A stretch of 64,000 nucleotides of DNA from Candidatus Brocadiia bacterium (GTDB taxonomy: Bacteria > Planctomycetota > Brocadiia > CAIUPP01): positions 1 through 64,000 of the forward strand of contig JBEKCB010000013.1 of assembly GCA_050015075.1 (NCBI GenBank), in the 5' to 3' direction. Below, in pieces: positions 27,308-38,062 of the stretch. A program made the translations under genes and the position numbers. The notes beneath the pieces are model-generated. The model searched no databases. It worked only from the letters and a program-made list of their open reading frames with translations, and was not told the origin of the DNA. Every line of letters starts with the position of its first letter. Position 1 is the first letter of the stretch.

Positions 27308-27703
27308 ATGGAAGAGCTGCTTCGGAAACTGAAGATTCAGTCCCCGCCGCCGGGCGCGCGCGAAAGGGTGCTGGCCGCCGCACGCGCCGAGTTGCAGCAA
27401 GCCGCGGAGAGGCGGGATTGGCTGGACCGGCTGTGGGAGTCGCGCGCGTTCTGGCGCTCGGCCGCGGCCGTTGTGCTGGTTTGCCTGGTCGCCATCTTCG
27501 TCGCGCCCGCCGGAGCGACACCGGGAAACGCGGCGCAGGTCGCGGCCGATCCCATCGTCGTGGCGGCGGCCAAGGAACTCGCCGCGTCGCTGGGCGACGG
27601 CCCGGTGCTGGAGCGGCGGCTCATCGCGCAACTTTCCCCGACGGAGGCGCCTGCGCGAAATCACGAATTCTTCAGCCATGATCTATTAAGGAGCACCCAA
27701 TGA
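27308..27703 (+). CDS. Putative single-TM anti-sigma-like protein
   Basis: Directly follows the ECF gene. Short cytoplasmic N-terminus and one TM helix. Confidence 0.6.
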   Translation: MEELLRKLKIQSPPPGARERVLAAARAELQQAAERRDWLDRLWESRAFWRSAAAVVLVCLVAIFVAPAGATPGNAAQVAADPIVVAAAKELAASLGDGPVLERRLIAQLSPTEAPARNHEFFSHDLLRSTQ

Positions 27704-29190
27704 AACTCGCACGAAAGTACCGCATTCTGCTGATGGCCGTCGTGGGCCTGTTCATCCTGTGGCTGGTCTATTATGCCGCCGTCAGCGTCATCTACGGCAT
27801 CAAGCTCCGGAACCTGAAAGCGCAGGTGCGCGCGGAGGGCAGTTCGCTCAGCCTTCAGGAGCTGGCTGCCCGTTGCGCGGGCGTTACATTAGACCCAGGC
27901 ATGAAGGACGAAGATCTCAGGCCGGTGCCGGAGTACGAGAACGCGGCCTTCCTATATCAGGCAGCCGGGCCCCTGCTGGAAATGCGCTGCGACCCGAGCA
28001 CGCCCGGAATAGCCCCTTACGATGCTTTCCTCATGACTAAGCCGGGCGAGAAGGCCAAACAGGTGTCGGAGAAACGCGCAGAACTGGAAACCTGGCTGCG
28101 CGACAGCGCCGTGCCGCTTCAACTGCTGCACCAAGCCGCCCATTATGAACGCGCATGGTTCGAACTGCCCTACTACGAAGGCTACCGGCTTCACCTGTCC
28201 CCTATTATGATACATCTGATGTTGGGGACGCGCCTGCTCAGTCTGGAAGCCTGGCTGGCCGCCGAACAGGGCGACCCTCACAAAGCTTTGCAGGCGGTCT
28301 GGGCCTGGCTCAGGATCAGGCATGCCGTAGAGAACGCGCCTCTCGAGATGAGCCAAGTCGGCGGCATGGATTGGGATTCCAGGGCGCTGGGCGCCTTGCA
28401 GCGCATTCTGCCTGCCCTCCAACCGCAGGAGGCGGATTTGCGGTTGATCCTGGCTGAATTACAGTCGCGCAATCCGGCATGCTACCGCCTGGCCGCCGAG
28501 AGCGACCGCGCCACGGGCGAAGACCTCTTTGAATTGGCCCGGAAGGAGGGCTTCGGCCGCGTTTTCCAAGCTGTGGAGGGCGGCACGCTTACGGGCTGGA
28601 TGCGATTCATGCGCATTCTTGTCGCCGCCAAGGTGCGGGCATTGAATACGCTGCCGCCGGATGAGGCTTATTACCTGTCGGTTATGAATCGTTTCGTCGA
28701 AGACGCAGCGCGGGCGCCTTCATTAACGCGCGCCGAGCTCCAGAGTTTCCAAAAGGACGCCGAGACCTCGCCAACGGTTCCTGACAATCCCTCTTACTAT
28801 GCGGATCCCCGATCTTCGCGTCCGTTGTCGTGGCTGCTCCTGCAGTCGGTTAACCCGTTTCTTAGTATGGCCAAGAAGGATATCGCCCGCCGTGATGTGG
28901 CGGAGTGCGGGATCGCGGCGGAGCTGTATCGGCTCGATCACGGCGCCTATCCCAAGAGCCTGGAGGCCCTGACGCCGAAGTACCTCGCCGCGTTGCCGAA
29001 CGACACCTTCAGCGGGCAGCCGCTGCTCTTCAAGTCCTTGCCTGACGGCGTCCTCATCTATAGCGTCGGCCCCAATGGGAAGGACGATGGAGGAGTGAAC
29101 GACGAGTCGCGGGACGGGACACCCCCGAAATCGCCCGCCGACGACATCGCCTGGCGCGTGGAACGGACAGCGGCGGCGAAGGCGCCGTAA
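27700..29190 (+). CDS. Hypothetical membrane-anchored protein with a GspG-like C-terminal motif
   Basis: N-terminal TM helix. C-terminal YRLDHGAYPKSLEALTPKYL..LP.D.FSG...YSVGPNGKDDGG. Confidence 0.75.
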   Translation: MKLARKYRILLMAVVGLFILWLVYYAAVSVIYGIKLRNLKAQVRAEGSSLSLQELAARCAGVTLDPGMKDEDLRPVPEYENAAFLYQAAGPLLEMRCDPSTPGIAPYDAFLMTKPGEKAKQVSEKRAELETWLRDSAVPLQLLHQAAHYERAWFELPYYEGYRLHLSPIMIHLMLGTRLLSLEAWLAAEQGDPHKALQAVWAWLRIRHAVENAPLEMSQVGGMDWDSRALGALQRILPALQPQEADLRLILAELQSRNPACYRLAAESDRATGEDLFELARKEGFGRVFQAVEGGTLTGWMRFMRILVAAKVRALNTLPPDEAYYLSVMNRFVEDAARAPSLTRAELQSFQKDAETSPTVPDNPSYYADPRSSRPLSWLLLQSVNPFLSMAKKDIARRDVAECGIAAELYRLDHGAYPKSLEALTPKYLAALPNDTFSGQPLLFKSLPDGVLIYSVGPNGKDDGGVNDESRDGTPPKSPADDIAWRVERTAAAKAP

Positions 29191-29200
29191 CCTGGCCAAT

Positions 29201-29865
29201 CTACAGATCGTCGCCGCCTCTGCGTTGCCGGCGGATTCGGTACAGCCGTTCGGTGAAGCCGCCGTCGCGCTCGAACGCGGCCGCCTGGGCGGCCAGTTGG
29301 CGGTCCAGCAGGCTGCATGCTACGGTGATTAAAACCAGGGCGGCGTTGGCGGCGGCTTCGGCGTAGGCGGGCCGAATTGTGGACTTTGTGGACGATGTGG
29401 ACTTTATGGACGGTCCACTTTGTCCATTCTGTCCACCCTGTCCACGCTTGTCCTTTGGCACAGCGCTGCCGTGCACTTCCCGGACCCAGACGGCCACTTC
29501 GTCGGCGGTGGCGGGGCGGCGGGCGATCAATTGCGCTCGGCGCGGGTCGTCGCGGTCCCACTGCGCCAGGCGCGCTGCCGCAGGAAATCTTCGTAGTCGC
29601 GCCGCAACTCCTCCAGGCTCGACCGGCCGACGTTCGTCAGTTTCAGTTCCGTCTTCTTCGACGTGCCGGAGGCCTGGCTGCCTTCGGCGATGTTCTGAAC
29701 GCCGGAGCGCGCGGCCTGCGTCATCTGGTCGTGAGTGCGGCTCCTGCGGTCAATGTAGCGGTCGCAGAACCGGACCGTCACATCGTACACCAACTGCGCG
29801 ATCTGGAAGCTTTTGAGCTTGCGATAGCCGCCGTGCTTGGGGATCAAAGGCTCATGGCCGGGCAT
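29201..29865 (-). pseudogene. Four-helix-bundle protein (with suffix domain), frameshifted near 29570
   Basis: GGYRKLKSFQ..YD.T..FC...RTHDQMTQAARSGVQNIAEG...SLEEL..DYEDFLRQR. A one-base shift restores GLAQWDRDDP...ANAALVLI..ACSLLDRQL...F..DGGFTERLY. Confidence 0.85.
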
Positions 29866-29983
29866 CGCGCGGACTCCTTTAATCAGCATGGACGGGGTGG
29901 ACTTTGTGGACGGCATGGACGACTCCGTTACCGGCCACAGGCGGAAGGCTAACCGCGCACGATCCTGAAGTCAACCGCGGCCT

Positions 29984-30012
29984 TTGACTGGTCCGTCGGG
30001 CGCGGATATAAT
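29984..30012 (+). promoter_or_regulatory. sigma70 promoter
   Basis: TTGACT-N17-TATAAT. Confidence 0.75.
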
Positions 30013-30036
30013 CCTGGGGGTTTCAGGAGTGACCGA

Positions 30037-30474
30037 ATGCGCGGGGCAAAATTCGCGGTGCTGCTGGCGGCGCTGGTCCTCGGGCCGGCGATGGCCTGCG
30101 CGTCCGAGGAAGGCTCAATTCCCCTGAAGGACCTGCCGGTCCGGGAAAAGCTCGCGAGCCGCATGGACGTCAATTTTCAGGGGACGACGTTGGGCGAGCT
30201 GTTGCAGTTCTTCCGTCAGCGGCTGGAGATCAACGTGGTGCTGGACAGCTCGGCATCGGACCTCGCGGAGAAACCGATCACCCTGCAGTTGAAGGATGTC
30301 CGCGCGCAGGACGCCCTGGCCTGGTCGCTGCGGCAGGTCGGACTGCAATACGCGCTCGTCAGCGGGATTGTGCTCGTGGGCGACCGGCAGTACGTGCACG
30401 CGATGGAGCCGATGACGCTGCGACAATATGACGTGGCCGACCTTCTCGTGATTCCCTCATCCGTGCAGCCATAA
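30037..30474 (+). CDS. Exported protein resembling a secretin/TonB N-terminal (STN/N0) domain
   Basis: Signal peptide, then VNFQGTTLGELLQFF..INVVLD..ITLQLKDV..AL..YDVADL. Confidence 0.6.
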   Translation: MRGAKFAVLLAALVLGPAMACASEEGSIPLKDLPVREKLASRMDVNFQGTTLGELLQFFRQRLEINVVLDSSASDLAEKPITLQLKDVRAQDALAWSLRQVGLQYALVSGIVLVGDRQYVHAMEPMTLRQYDVADLLVIPSSVQP

Positions 30475-30479
30475 ACGCG

Positions 30480-31538
30480 ATGAACAATACCTCCGGCTCG
30501 AACGGCACCCGGGTCAGCATGAATATCAATCATCCGTCGTACTCTCCGCTTCCGGCGGCGGCGCTGGAGGTGCAGCGCCGCGTGGCCGCGTGCCGCCGGC
30601 CGCTGCTGGTGGCGCATATCCGGCTGGACGGCGACGCGCTCGGCAGCGAGCTGGGCCTTGCCGGCATCCTCCGCGCGCGCGGGCAGCAGCCGCACATCGT
30701 CAATGACAGCGCCATCCCGGAGGCGTACCGGTTCCTGCCGGGCGTGAACGAAGCGGGGACTTCCGCCGCCGACGTGCGCGACGATTACGATCTCGTGATC
30801 GCCCTGGACCTCCCGAGCTGGAGCCGAGCGAAGGCCATCCGCGAGCGGCTGCCGGCGAAGCTGCCGGCGGTGGCCATAGACCATCATCCGCCCATTGAGC
30901 GGCTCGGCGACGTGGACTGGGTGGATCCCTCGTGCAGCTCGGTCGGCGAGATGGTCTATCGCCTCGCCTCGTCCGCCGGCTGGGCGATTCCGGCCGAGGC
31001 GGCGACCTGCCTCTACGTGGCCATTCTCACGGACACCGGCCGGTTCGCGTTCTCGAACACCACGGCGGCTTCGCTGCGCGCGGCGGCCGACCTGGTGGAG
31101 CGCGGGGCGCAGCACGTGCTCGCCGCGGAGAAAATTTACCAGGAGAACAGCCCCGCGTTCATCGCCCTGCGCGGCGAGGCGCTGCGCACGCTGAAGCTGT
31201 ACGCGGGCGGGCGCATCGCCGTCATGCGGGTGACGCTCGACATGCTCGCGCGCACCGGCGTGGACCCGATTGACACGCACGACTTGGCGGACGAGCCGCG
31301 CTCGGTCCGCGGCGCGCAAATCGGCGTGCTGCTCCGCGAGATGGGGCCGCCGGCGGAGGTCAAGGTGAGCCTGCGCGCGCACACCGGCGTGAATGTCGAG
31401 CCGGTCGCGCGCAAACTTGGCGGCGGCGGCCACCGCCAGGCCGCCGGCTGCGAGGTGCCCGGCGGAATGGACCAGGTCGAAAAGACCGTCATCGCGGAGC
31501 TGACGCAACTGCTCGGCGCCGGCGGCGATCATTTATAG
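30480..31538 (+). CDS. nrnA: DHH-family nanoRNase/pAp phosphatase
   Basis: H..DGDALGS, IDHH, TDTGRF and [10 protein letters not shown]. The start may be ATG 30519. Confidence 0.9.
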   Translation: MNNTSGSNGTRVSMNINHPSYSPLPAAALEVQRRVAACRRPLLVAHIRLDGDALGSELGLAGILRARGQQPHIVNDSAIPEAYRFLPGVNEAGTSAADVRDDYDLVIALDLPSWSRAKAIRERLPAKLPAVAIDHHPPIERLGDVDWVDPSCSSVGEMVYRLASSAGWAIPAEAATCLYVAILTDTGRFAFSNTTAASLRAAADLVERGAQHVLAAEKIYQENSPAFIALRGEALRTLKLYAGGRIAVMRVTLDMLARTGVDPIDTHDLADEPRSVRGAQIGVLLREMGPPAEVKVSLRAHTGVNVEPVARKLGGGGHRQAAGCEVPGGMDQVEKTVIAELTQLLGAGGDHL

Positions 31539-31556
31539 CGAGAATAGCGAGAGACC

Positions 31557-32324
31557 ATGGCGCGCTGCTCCGCCGAAGACCCGCGCGACGAATTGACCGG
31601 GATCATCGCGGCGGCGCGGATGCACCTGGAGATGGAGCGCTCGCTCGGCGCGGAGCATCTGCCGTTCAGCCCTGAGCGCGTGAAGGAGTTGCGCGGCCGG
31701 CGCCGCGCGGCCGCAGGGGCGAGCACGGCCGCGAAAAAAGCCGCTGAGCTGGAGAAGCTCCGCCGCGAACTCGAGCCGTGCTGCCGCTGCGAGCTGGGCA
31801 AGGGCCGGACGAACCTGGTCTTCGGCGTCGGCCGGCCGGACGCCGACCTGATGTTCATCGGCGAAGGACCCGGCCAGCAGGAAGACGAGCAGGGCATCCC
31901 GTTCGTCGGACTCGCCGGCCAGCTCCTCACGAAGATCATCGAAGCGATCGGCCTGACGCGCGACGAGGTCTACATCGCCAACATCGTCAAGTGCCGTCCG
32001 CCGAAAAACCGCGCGCCGCTGCCCGAAGAGTCCGCGCTGTGCCTGCCCTACCTGCGACGCCAGATCGAGATCATCCGCCCGCGCATCATCGTGACGCTCG
32101 GCAACGTCCCGACGCAGACGCTGCTCCAGACCACCGTCGGCATCACGAAGACGCGCGGCATCTTCGTCGAGCGCGACGGCATCCTCTTCATGCCCACCTT
32201 CCATCCCGCGTACCTCCTGCGAGACCCGAACAAGAAGAAGGAGGTCTGGGAGGACATGAAAAAGGTCTGGGCGAAGATGAAGGAACTGGGCCTCCGGATC
32301 GGCGAGTTGAAGTCCGCAAGATGA
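31557..32324 (+). CDS. Uracil-DNA glycosylase family 4 (4Fe-4S)
   Basis: CxxC.L, GEGPG..ED..G.PFVG, KCRPP.NR.P and FHPAYLLR. Confidence 0.95.
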   Translation: MARCSAEDPRDELTGIIAAARMHLEMERSLGAEHLPFSPERVKELRGRRRAAAGASTAAKKAAELEKLRRELEPCCRCELGKGRTNLVFGVGRPDADLMFIGEGPGQQEDEQGIPFVGLAGQLLTKIIEAIGLTRDEVYIANIVKCRPPKNRAPLPEESALCLPYLRRQIEIIRPRIIVTLGNVPTQTLLQTTVGITKTRGIFVERDGILFMPTFHPAYLLRDPNKKKEVWEDMKKVWAKMKELGLRIGELKSAR

Positions 32325-32367
32325 AGCGGCCGGCTTGGCCCGACGCGAATCAGTAAGGTGAAAACCC

Positions 32368-34275
32368 ATGCGAAAATTCTGGATGGATCTGGAAGAATGC
32401 CCCGCTGAACTCCGCGGCGGGCTGGCGGAAATCGCTGCCGAATATCCGAAGCGCTTCACGCGCGCGAAACGGCTCGGCACGGCGCTGACGTTCGAGCAGG
32501 ACCCTGCGCTCAAGGGCGGCGGACTGGCGGTCGCGAAGCGCGGCTCGGCCTGCGCTGTTCGGTACGGGCGCAAGACGGATGCCTTCCGCGCGCTCGGCCG
32601 GCTGATGGGCGAGGCCGCCGACGGCGCCGCGCGGCGCGGGAGTTTCTCCGAGACGCCTCGCTTCGATCTGCTCGGGATCATGATTGATATCTCCCGCAAC
32701 GGCGTCCTGACGCCCCAGGCGGCGCGGGCGATGCTCCGCCGCTGCGCGCTGATGGGCCTCAACATGGCGATCCTCTACTCCGAGGATACCTACGAAGTCC
32801 CCGGCGAGCCGTTCTTCGGCTACCTGCGCGGGCGCTGCACGCACGACGAGATGAAGTCGCTCGACGACTACGCCGACGCGCTCGGCATCGAAATGTTCCC
32901 CTGCATCCAGGCGCTCGCCCACTTGCAGCAGGTCCTCCAATGGCCCGCTTATGCGGAATACCGCGACACGGGCGACGTGGTGCTCGCCGGCGAGCAGAGG
33001 AGCTACGCGCTGCTCGACAAGATGATCGCGGCCGCCTCGGCCCCGTTCCGCTCGCGGCGCATCCACCTCGGGATGGACGAGGCCTGGGGCATCGGCTCGG
33101 GCCGGTTCAAAGAACTCCACGGCGAAAAGCGCCCGTTCGACATCCTCAACGACCACCTCGCCCGCGTGCGCGATCTCTGCCGCAAGCGCGGCCTGCGGCC
33201 GATGATCTGGAGCGACATGTACTTCCACCTCGGCTCCAAATCCGGCGACTACTACGACCGCGACTGCGTTATCCCGCCGGACGTCGTCGCGAAAATCCCC
33301 AGGGACGTGCAGCTCGTGTATTGGGATTACTATCATTACGAGACCGACTTCTACCGCGGCATGATCCGGCGCCACCGCGCACTCGGCTCCGAGCCGGTCA
33401 TGGCCGGCGGCGTCTGGACGTGGAACCACTTTTGGGCCGCGCTGCCGCACAGCTTCAGCGTGGTCAACGCCTGCATGCGCGCGTGCCGGGAGGAAAAACT
33501 GCGCGAGGTCTTCATGACGATGTGGGGCGACGACGGGATGGAGTGCGACGTGTTCTCCGCGCTGCCGGGCCTGCAGCTTTTCGCCGAGCACGGCTATGCG
33601 GATGCCGTGGACCCGGCGCTGCTGCGCGCGAATTTCCGCGGCTCGTGCGACGCCGTCCTCGACGACTGGGTCCAGGCGTCCGGCGTGGATTCCGTCCCCT
33701 GTCTGGCCGACCGCGCGAAGAGCCGCACGAACGTCGGCAAGTGGCTGCTCTGGCAGGACCCGATGCTCGCGCTGATGGACCCGGAACTCGAGGGCTGCTC
33801 GCTGCGCGGGCATTATGAGAAGCTCTCCGCCGCGCTCTTCCGCGCCGCGAAGGAGACGCCCGCCTCGCGCCGGCTGATCTTCCCCGCGCGGCTGGCGCGG
33901 GCGCTGGCGCTCAAGTGCGACCTGCGCCGCAACCTGGCCGAGGCGTACGCCGCCGGCAACCGCAGGAAGCTCAGACGAATCCACGAGGGCGACCTGGTCG
34001 CGCTCCGCAAGGCGGTGGACGAACTCTGGAAATGCCACCGCGACATGTGGCTGGCGACGTACAAGCCGTTCGGCCTGGAGGTGATCGAGAAGCGCTACGG
34101 CGGGCTGCGCGCGCGGCTGGAGAGCCTGTCCGACCGGCTGTACGCCTACCTCAGCGGCAAGGTCCCGGAGATTCCCGAGCTCGAGGTCCGGCTCGAAAAG
34201 ATCGGCCCGAGGACGCCCGGCGACCTGCCGACCGTCGCCTACTCGCGCGTCTCGACGCCGAGTTGCATCAAGTGA
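32368..34275 (+). CDS. Beta-N-acetylhexosaminidase (GH20, GcnA-like)
   Basis: D.SRNGV, Y.EDTYE, PCIQ.LAH, HLGMDEA, YWDYY and WGDDG. Confidence 0.9.
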   Translation: MRKFWMDLEECPAELRGGLAEIAAEYPKRFTRAKRLGTALTFEQDPALKGGGLAVAKRGSACAVRYGRKTDAFRALGRLMGEAADGAARRGSFSETPRFDLLGIMIDISRNGVLTPQAARAMLRRCALMGLNMAILYSEDTYEVPGEPFFGYLRGRCTHDEMKSLDDYADALGIEMFPCIQALAHLQQVLQWPAYAEYRDTGDVVLAGEQRSYALLDKMIAAASAPFRSRRIHLGMDEAWGIGSGRFKELHGEKRPFDILNDHLARVRDLCRKRGLRPMIWSDMYFHLGSKSGDYYDRDCVIPPDVVAKIPRDVQLVYWDYYHYETDFYRGMIRRHRALGSEPVMAGGVWTWNHFWAALPHSFSVVNACMRACREEKLREVFMTMWGDDGMECDVFSALPGLQLFAEHGYADAVDPALLRANFRGSCDAVLDDWVQASGVDSVPCLADRAKSRTNVGKWLLWQDPMLALMDPELEGCSLRGHYEKLSAALFRAAKETPASRRLIFPARLARALALKCDLRRNLAEAYAAGNRRKLRRIHEGDLVALRKAVDELWKCHRDMWLATYKPFGLEVIEKRYGGLRARLESLSDRLYAYLSGKVPEIPELEVRLEKIGPRTPGDLPTVAYSRVSTPSCIK

Positions 34276-34282
34276 GCCGCTG

Positions 34283-34330
34283 GTAGTGTGCCCGTCAGGG
34301 CATACGAATTAGCGCCTTACGGCGCCACGA
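34283..34330. repeat. GTAG-type REP-like element (copy of 5890-5937)
   Basis: GTAGTGTGCCCGTCAGGGCATACGAATTAGCGCCTTACGGCGCCACGA, between convergent genes. Confidence 0.75.
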
Positions 34331-34357
34331 CCAGCGACGCCTGCGCTCCGCGGCGGA

Positions 34358-35152
34358 TCAGGGTGATCGCGGCGGGATTGCCGGCTGAGGAGCGGTCGGA
34401 CGATTTTCAAGAAACTGCTGCACGGTTCTCCCCTCGAGGCTCCGCGAAATTTCCGCCGGCTCGCCGGTCGCGGAGGGGCTGACGATCCGCAGCGTGTGGC
34501 CGGCGTGCGCCAGGTCCGGCGTGAGGAACGGCGCGAGGTCGAACCGCACCGTGCCCTCCGCGTCGCTGACGCCGCTGGCGAGCGGGCGGCCGTCCAGGCT
34601 CAGCGTCACGTCGCGGCCGGCGACCGGCGCGCGCCGCTCGCGGGTCACCGCGACGACCTGCTCCAGGAGGATCCGCTCCTCCTGCATTCGGACTTCCCGG
34701 CCGCCCATCGGCACGGCGGAGCAGAGGTTGAACCACGCGCCCACGTCGTGGAAATAGTCCCAGCGCGTCCAGGTTCCGCCGCCGTACGTGGTCGGATCAT
34801 GGAACGCCAGGAAGAACGGCGGGAAGATCGTCACCGCGATGGGCAGCTTGACCAGCGGATGATACCAGCGCCAGGGAACGTACGTCGGCTTGCCGAACCG
34901 CTCGAGCTGCGCCGGCCCGATGGTCGTCTCGAGCAGGTCGACGCGCACTTCGAGGACGGCGTTGCGCTCGGAGATCTCGCGCGTGATCCGCAGCGGCCGT
35001 TCGAGCGGCGCATTCGTGACGCGGCTCTCGCCGAGCGGCGTCAGCACGGACCGGATATCCACATAGCCGGTCGGATGCGCGCAGCCGGCGATCAACGCCA
35101 GGCCGGCCAGCGACGCCAGCCCGCGAAGGCTCCAATGCGGCGCTCGATTCAC
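34358..35152 (-). CDS. Hypothetical lipoprotein
   Basis: GTG start with a GGAG RBS and lipobox LIAGC. Confidence 0.65.
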   Translation of the reverse strand: MNRAPHWSLRGLASLAGLALIAGCAHPTGYVDIRSVLTPLGESRVTNAPLERPLRITREISERNAVLEVRVDLLETTIGPAQLERFGKPTYVPWRWYHPLVKLPIAVTIFPPFFLAFHDPTTYGGGTWTRWDYFHDVGAWFNLCSAVPMGGREVRMQEERILLEQVVAVTRERRAPVAGRDVTLSLDGRPLASGVSDAEGTVRFDLAPFLTPDLAHAGHTLRIVSPSATGEPAEISRSLEGRTVQQFLENRPTAPQPAIPPRSP

Positions 35153-35491
35153 AGGGATCTCCGGTTTTTGGCGATATCGCGCTTGAAGCAGGCAAGGGCC
35201 GAGTATAGGCGCGCCGCCGCCAAAATGCAACCGCGGCGGCCGCGCAGGCGGTCCGGGGAGTTGACACGGGCCGCGCCGGCGGGTATTTTTGGCCGTCGGC
35301 GGGAATATGGCGCGGAGCATAAGTCATGCTTCACCACGACGGCACGACGAGCACTACGTACGGATTAGAACCATTAATCTAACTTTCCGTACGTCGTGTT
35401 CGTCGCGCCGTCGTGGTAAAAGCGTGTGCTTCGTGGTGAGAGGATGAGGATGTTTTCGTTGAGGCCGCTGGTTCGCGGGAGGAGCGCCCCG

Positions 35492-36964
35492 ATGCCGGAT
35501 CCACTTCGCACGCCGTGCGCCATCCTCGTCGCCGCCCTGGCGGTGTCGCTCGCGGGCGGTTGTTTCGACACGACCGGGCTGAAGTCGGATGTCCTGGCCG
35601 GCCGCGAGAGCCGGTACGAGGGCTGGCGCTCCGAGAAGCGCGGCGAGGAAGCCCAGCGCCCGACGCTCTCGGGCCAGCTTTCGCTCGAGGACGGCATCCT
35701 GACCGCGCTGCGGAACAGCCGGCAGATCGAAATTGCGGTGCTCGAACGCGTGAAGGCGGGCGCTCGCATTGAGGAGGCGTGGTCGCAGGCGCTGCCGGAC
35801 CTGGACCTGGGCGCCAGTTACACGCGCCTCGGCGAGGCGCCCAAGGTCAGCTTCAACGGCAACACGATTACGGTCGGCACGCTGGACAACTATGCCCTGA
35901 CGGCGAAGGTCAGCCAGCCGCTCTATCGCGGCGGCGCGATCACCGCCGGCGTCCGCGGCGCCCGAATCTACTCCGTCCTCGTGGACGAGGAAATGCGCGG
36001 CACGCGGCAGGCGGTGATCTTCGCCGCCCGCAAAGCTTACTACGACGCGCGCCTGGCGCTGGAACTCAAAGCCGCCAGTGCCGACGCCGTCAGCGTAGCG
36101 CAGCGCCACCTCGAAGACGTGGACAAGAACGTCAAGGCCGGCAAGCTCTCCGATTTCGACCACCTCCGCGCCGGGGTGGAACTCAAGACCCTCATCGCGC
36201 AGAACGTGCAGGACGAGAACCGCTACCACGTGGCGCTGACCACGCTGCTCAACGTGCTCGGCGTCTCGCAGGAGAGCCAGATCGAGCTGTCCGAGCCGCT
36301 GCATTACCGGCCCCTGACGCCGGTGCTCGAGGAGACCGTGCATATGGCCTTCACGCAGAACTCCGATATCCTCCAGGCCGAACTCACGATCCGGCTCCAG
36401 CGCGAGGCGGTCAACGTCGCGCGCGCCGGATATTACCCGCAGATGGACGCGTTCGCCCAAACCGAGGAGGCGAAGCCGAACCCGAATAACGAGACGGACA
36501 CCGCGTGGGGCAGCGCGTGGAGCGCCGGGGTGACGCTGACGTACCGCGTCTTCGACGGCTTCAAGACGCGTTCGCAGGTGCGGCAGGCGGAGGCGCAGTT
36601 GGAGCAGTACGAGGTGACGCTGCGCGACACGGAGGAGCGAACGCTTTTGCAGATCAAGCAGGCGATCCTCAGCATCGAGGACGCGTCGAAGGAAGTGACC
36701 GCGCAGCAGGCGAACGTCGAGGAGGCGCAGGAGGCGCAGCGGCTGGCCGAGCTCGGTTTCAGCCAAGGCGTGCGCTTGCAGGTGGAGGTGCTCGACGCGC
36801 AGCGCGCGCTCACCAGCGCCCAGGCGACCTACGCGACGGCGGTGTACAACCACGAGCTGGCGCGACTTCAGTTGGAGCAGGCCATCGGCACGCTCGAAGC
36901 GCCGGAAGGCGCCGAGCAGGAACCGTTAGCGCCGCCCGCGCCCGTCGCGCCGGAAGCGAAGTAA
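35492..36964 (+). CDS. TolC-family outer membrane efflux protein (lipoprotein)
   Basis: GGAGGAG RBS, lipobox LAGGC and two OEP repeats (ARAGYYPQ..., EVLDAQRAL). Confidence 0.9.
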   Translation: MPDPLRTPCAILVAALAVSLAGGCFDTTGLKSDVLAGRESRYEGWRSEKRGEEAQRPTLSGQLSLEDGILTALRNSRQIEIAVLERVKAGARIEEAWSQALPDLDLGASYTRLGEAPKVSFNGNTITVGTLDNYALTAKVSQPLYRGGAITAGVRGARIYSVLVDEEMRGTRQAVIFAARKAYYDARLALELKAASADAVSVAQRHLEDVDKNVKAGKLSDFDHLRAGVELKTLIAQNVQDENRYHVALTTLLNVLGVSQESQIELSEPLHYRPLTPVLEETVHMAFTQNSDILQAELTIRLQREAVNVARAGYYPQMDAFAQTEEAKPNPNNETDTAWGSAWSAGVTLTYRVFDGFKTRSQVRQAEAQLEQYEVTLRDTEERTLLQIKQAILSIEDASKEVTAQQANVEEAQEAQRLAELGFSQGVRLQVEVLDAQRALTSAQATYATAVYNHELARLQLEQAIGTLEAPEGAEQEPLAPPAPVAPEAK

Positions 36965-37009
36965 CCGACCCCGCGCGCGGCCGGGCATGCGATGCGCCGA
37001 ACGGCGCGC

Positions 37010-38062
37010 TCACCCGCCCGGATCGCGCTCCTCCGCCGACCCGCTGCGATCCCAGCGTTTCGTTCTCCACGAGACCAGCCTCGCCGCGATCGGCGGGCAG
37101 AACGTGGCGCTCCACAATGCCAGCGTTGCAGGCTTCGGCCGGGCTCGCAGCGCGGCAATGTAATGGGCGCGCGCCTCGCGCATCTCGCCCTGGTTCACCC
37201 GCGCCGTCGCGCAGTTGTCGTGCAGCCGGGCCATGCTCGAGAGGATGGTCCGCCGCCCGGCCTGCCGGCATATTTCCGGCGACCGGAGCCACCGCTCCAT
37301 CACCACCAGCAGGTCGCGGAGCATCTGCGTTCCTCCGTGCTGCGTGTGCTGCCGCGCGTGATGCCGGTACTGGTAAAGCGCCTCCGGGATGTACGCGAAG
37401 GAATACCGGACGGCCAGCCGCATCCAGAGATCCCAATCGTCCGGCCCTCGAAGCCCGGCATCGAAACCGCCGACCTCCATGAGGACCGACTTCCGGGCGA
37501 TGACTCCGGAACAGGAGTTGACCAGGCACCGCTTCACGAGGGCCTCGGTGAAAGGCTTTTCGGGAAGCAGCACGGCGCCTCGCCCGAGCGGTTTTGCCTG
37601 CCGGCTCACCGAATCGAGCAGGCGATCCCGCTCAGCCGTTGAACCGTGCGTCATGGGCTTTCCCTGGTCGTCAATGTGGCTCCATCGGGTGAAGCAGACG
37701 ACGGTGGACGGCTCTTCCAGGAACACGGCGGCCTGCCGTTCGAGTTTCTCCGGCAGCCAGAGGTCGTCCTGGTCGAGGAAGGCCACCCAGTCGCCGCGCG
37801 CGGCCGCAATGCCCTGGTTTCGCGCCGCGGCCCCGCCCTGGTTGCTCTGCCGGAGGTATCGGACGCGGTCGCCGAAGCGGCGCACGACTTCCGGCGTGGC
37901 ATCGGTCGAGCCGTCATCCACGACGATGATCTCGACGTTGGAGTAGGTCTGTGCGAGGGCGCTCTCGATGGTCTGGCCGATGAAGCGCTCGCCGTTGAAT
38001 GCCGGGATGACCACACTGACCAGCGGGGCTGCCGGTCCGGCGTGCGTCACTTGGGCCTCCAT
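37010..38062 (-). CDS. Glycosyltransferase family 2
   Basis: VSVVIPAFN, VDDGSTD, FLDQDD.W.P.KL and DWDLW.R. Confidence 0.92.
   Translation of the reverse strand: MEAQVTHAGPAAPLVSVVIPAFNGERFIGQTIESALAQTYSNVEIIVVDDGSTDATPEVVRRFGDRVRYLRQSNQGGAAARNQGIAAARGDWVAFLDQDDLWLPEKLERQAAVFLEEPSTVVCFTRWSHIDDQGKPMTHGSTAERDRLLDSVSRQAKPLGRGAVLLPEKPFTEALVKRCLVNSCSGVIARKSVLMEVGGFDAGLRGPDDWDLWMRLAVRYSFAYIPEALYQYRHHARQHTQHGGTQMLRDLLVVMERWLRSPEICRQAGRRTILSSMARLHDNCATARVNQGEMREARAHYIAALRARPKPATLALWSATFCPPIAARLVSWRTKRWDRSGSAEERDPGG

Noticed and set aside
29560-29580. Programmed frameshift in the four-helix-bundle gene
   Set aside because: No slippery run is present. A single-base deletion or a sequencing error is the simpler explanation.
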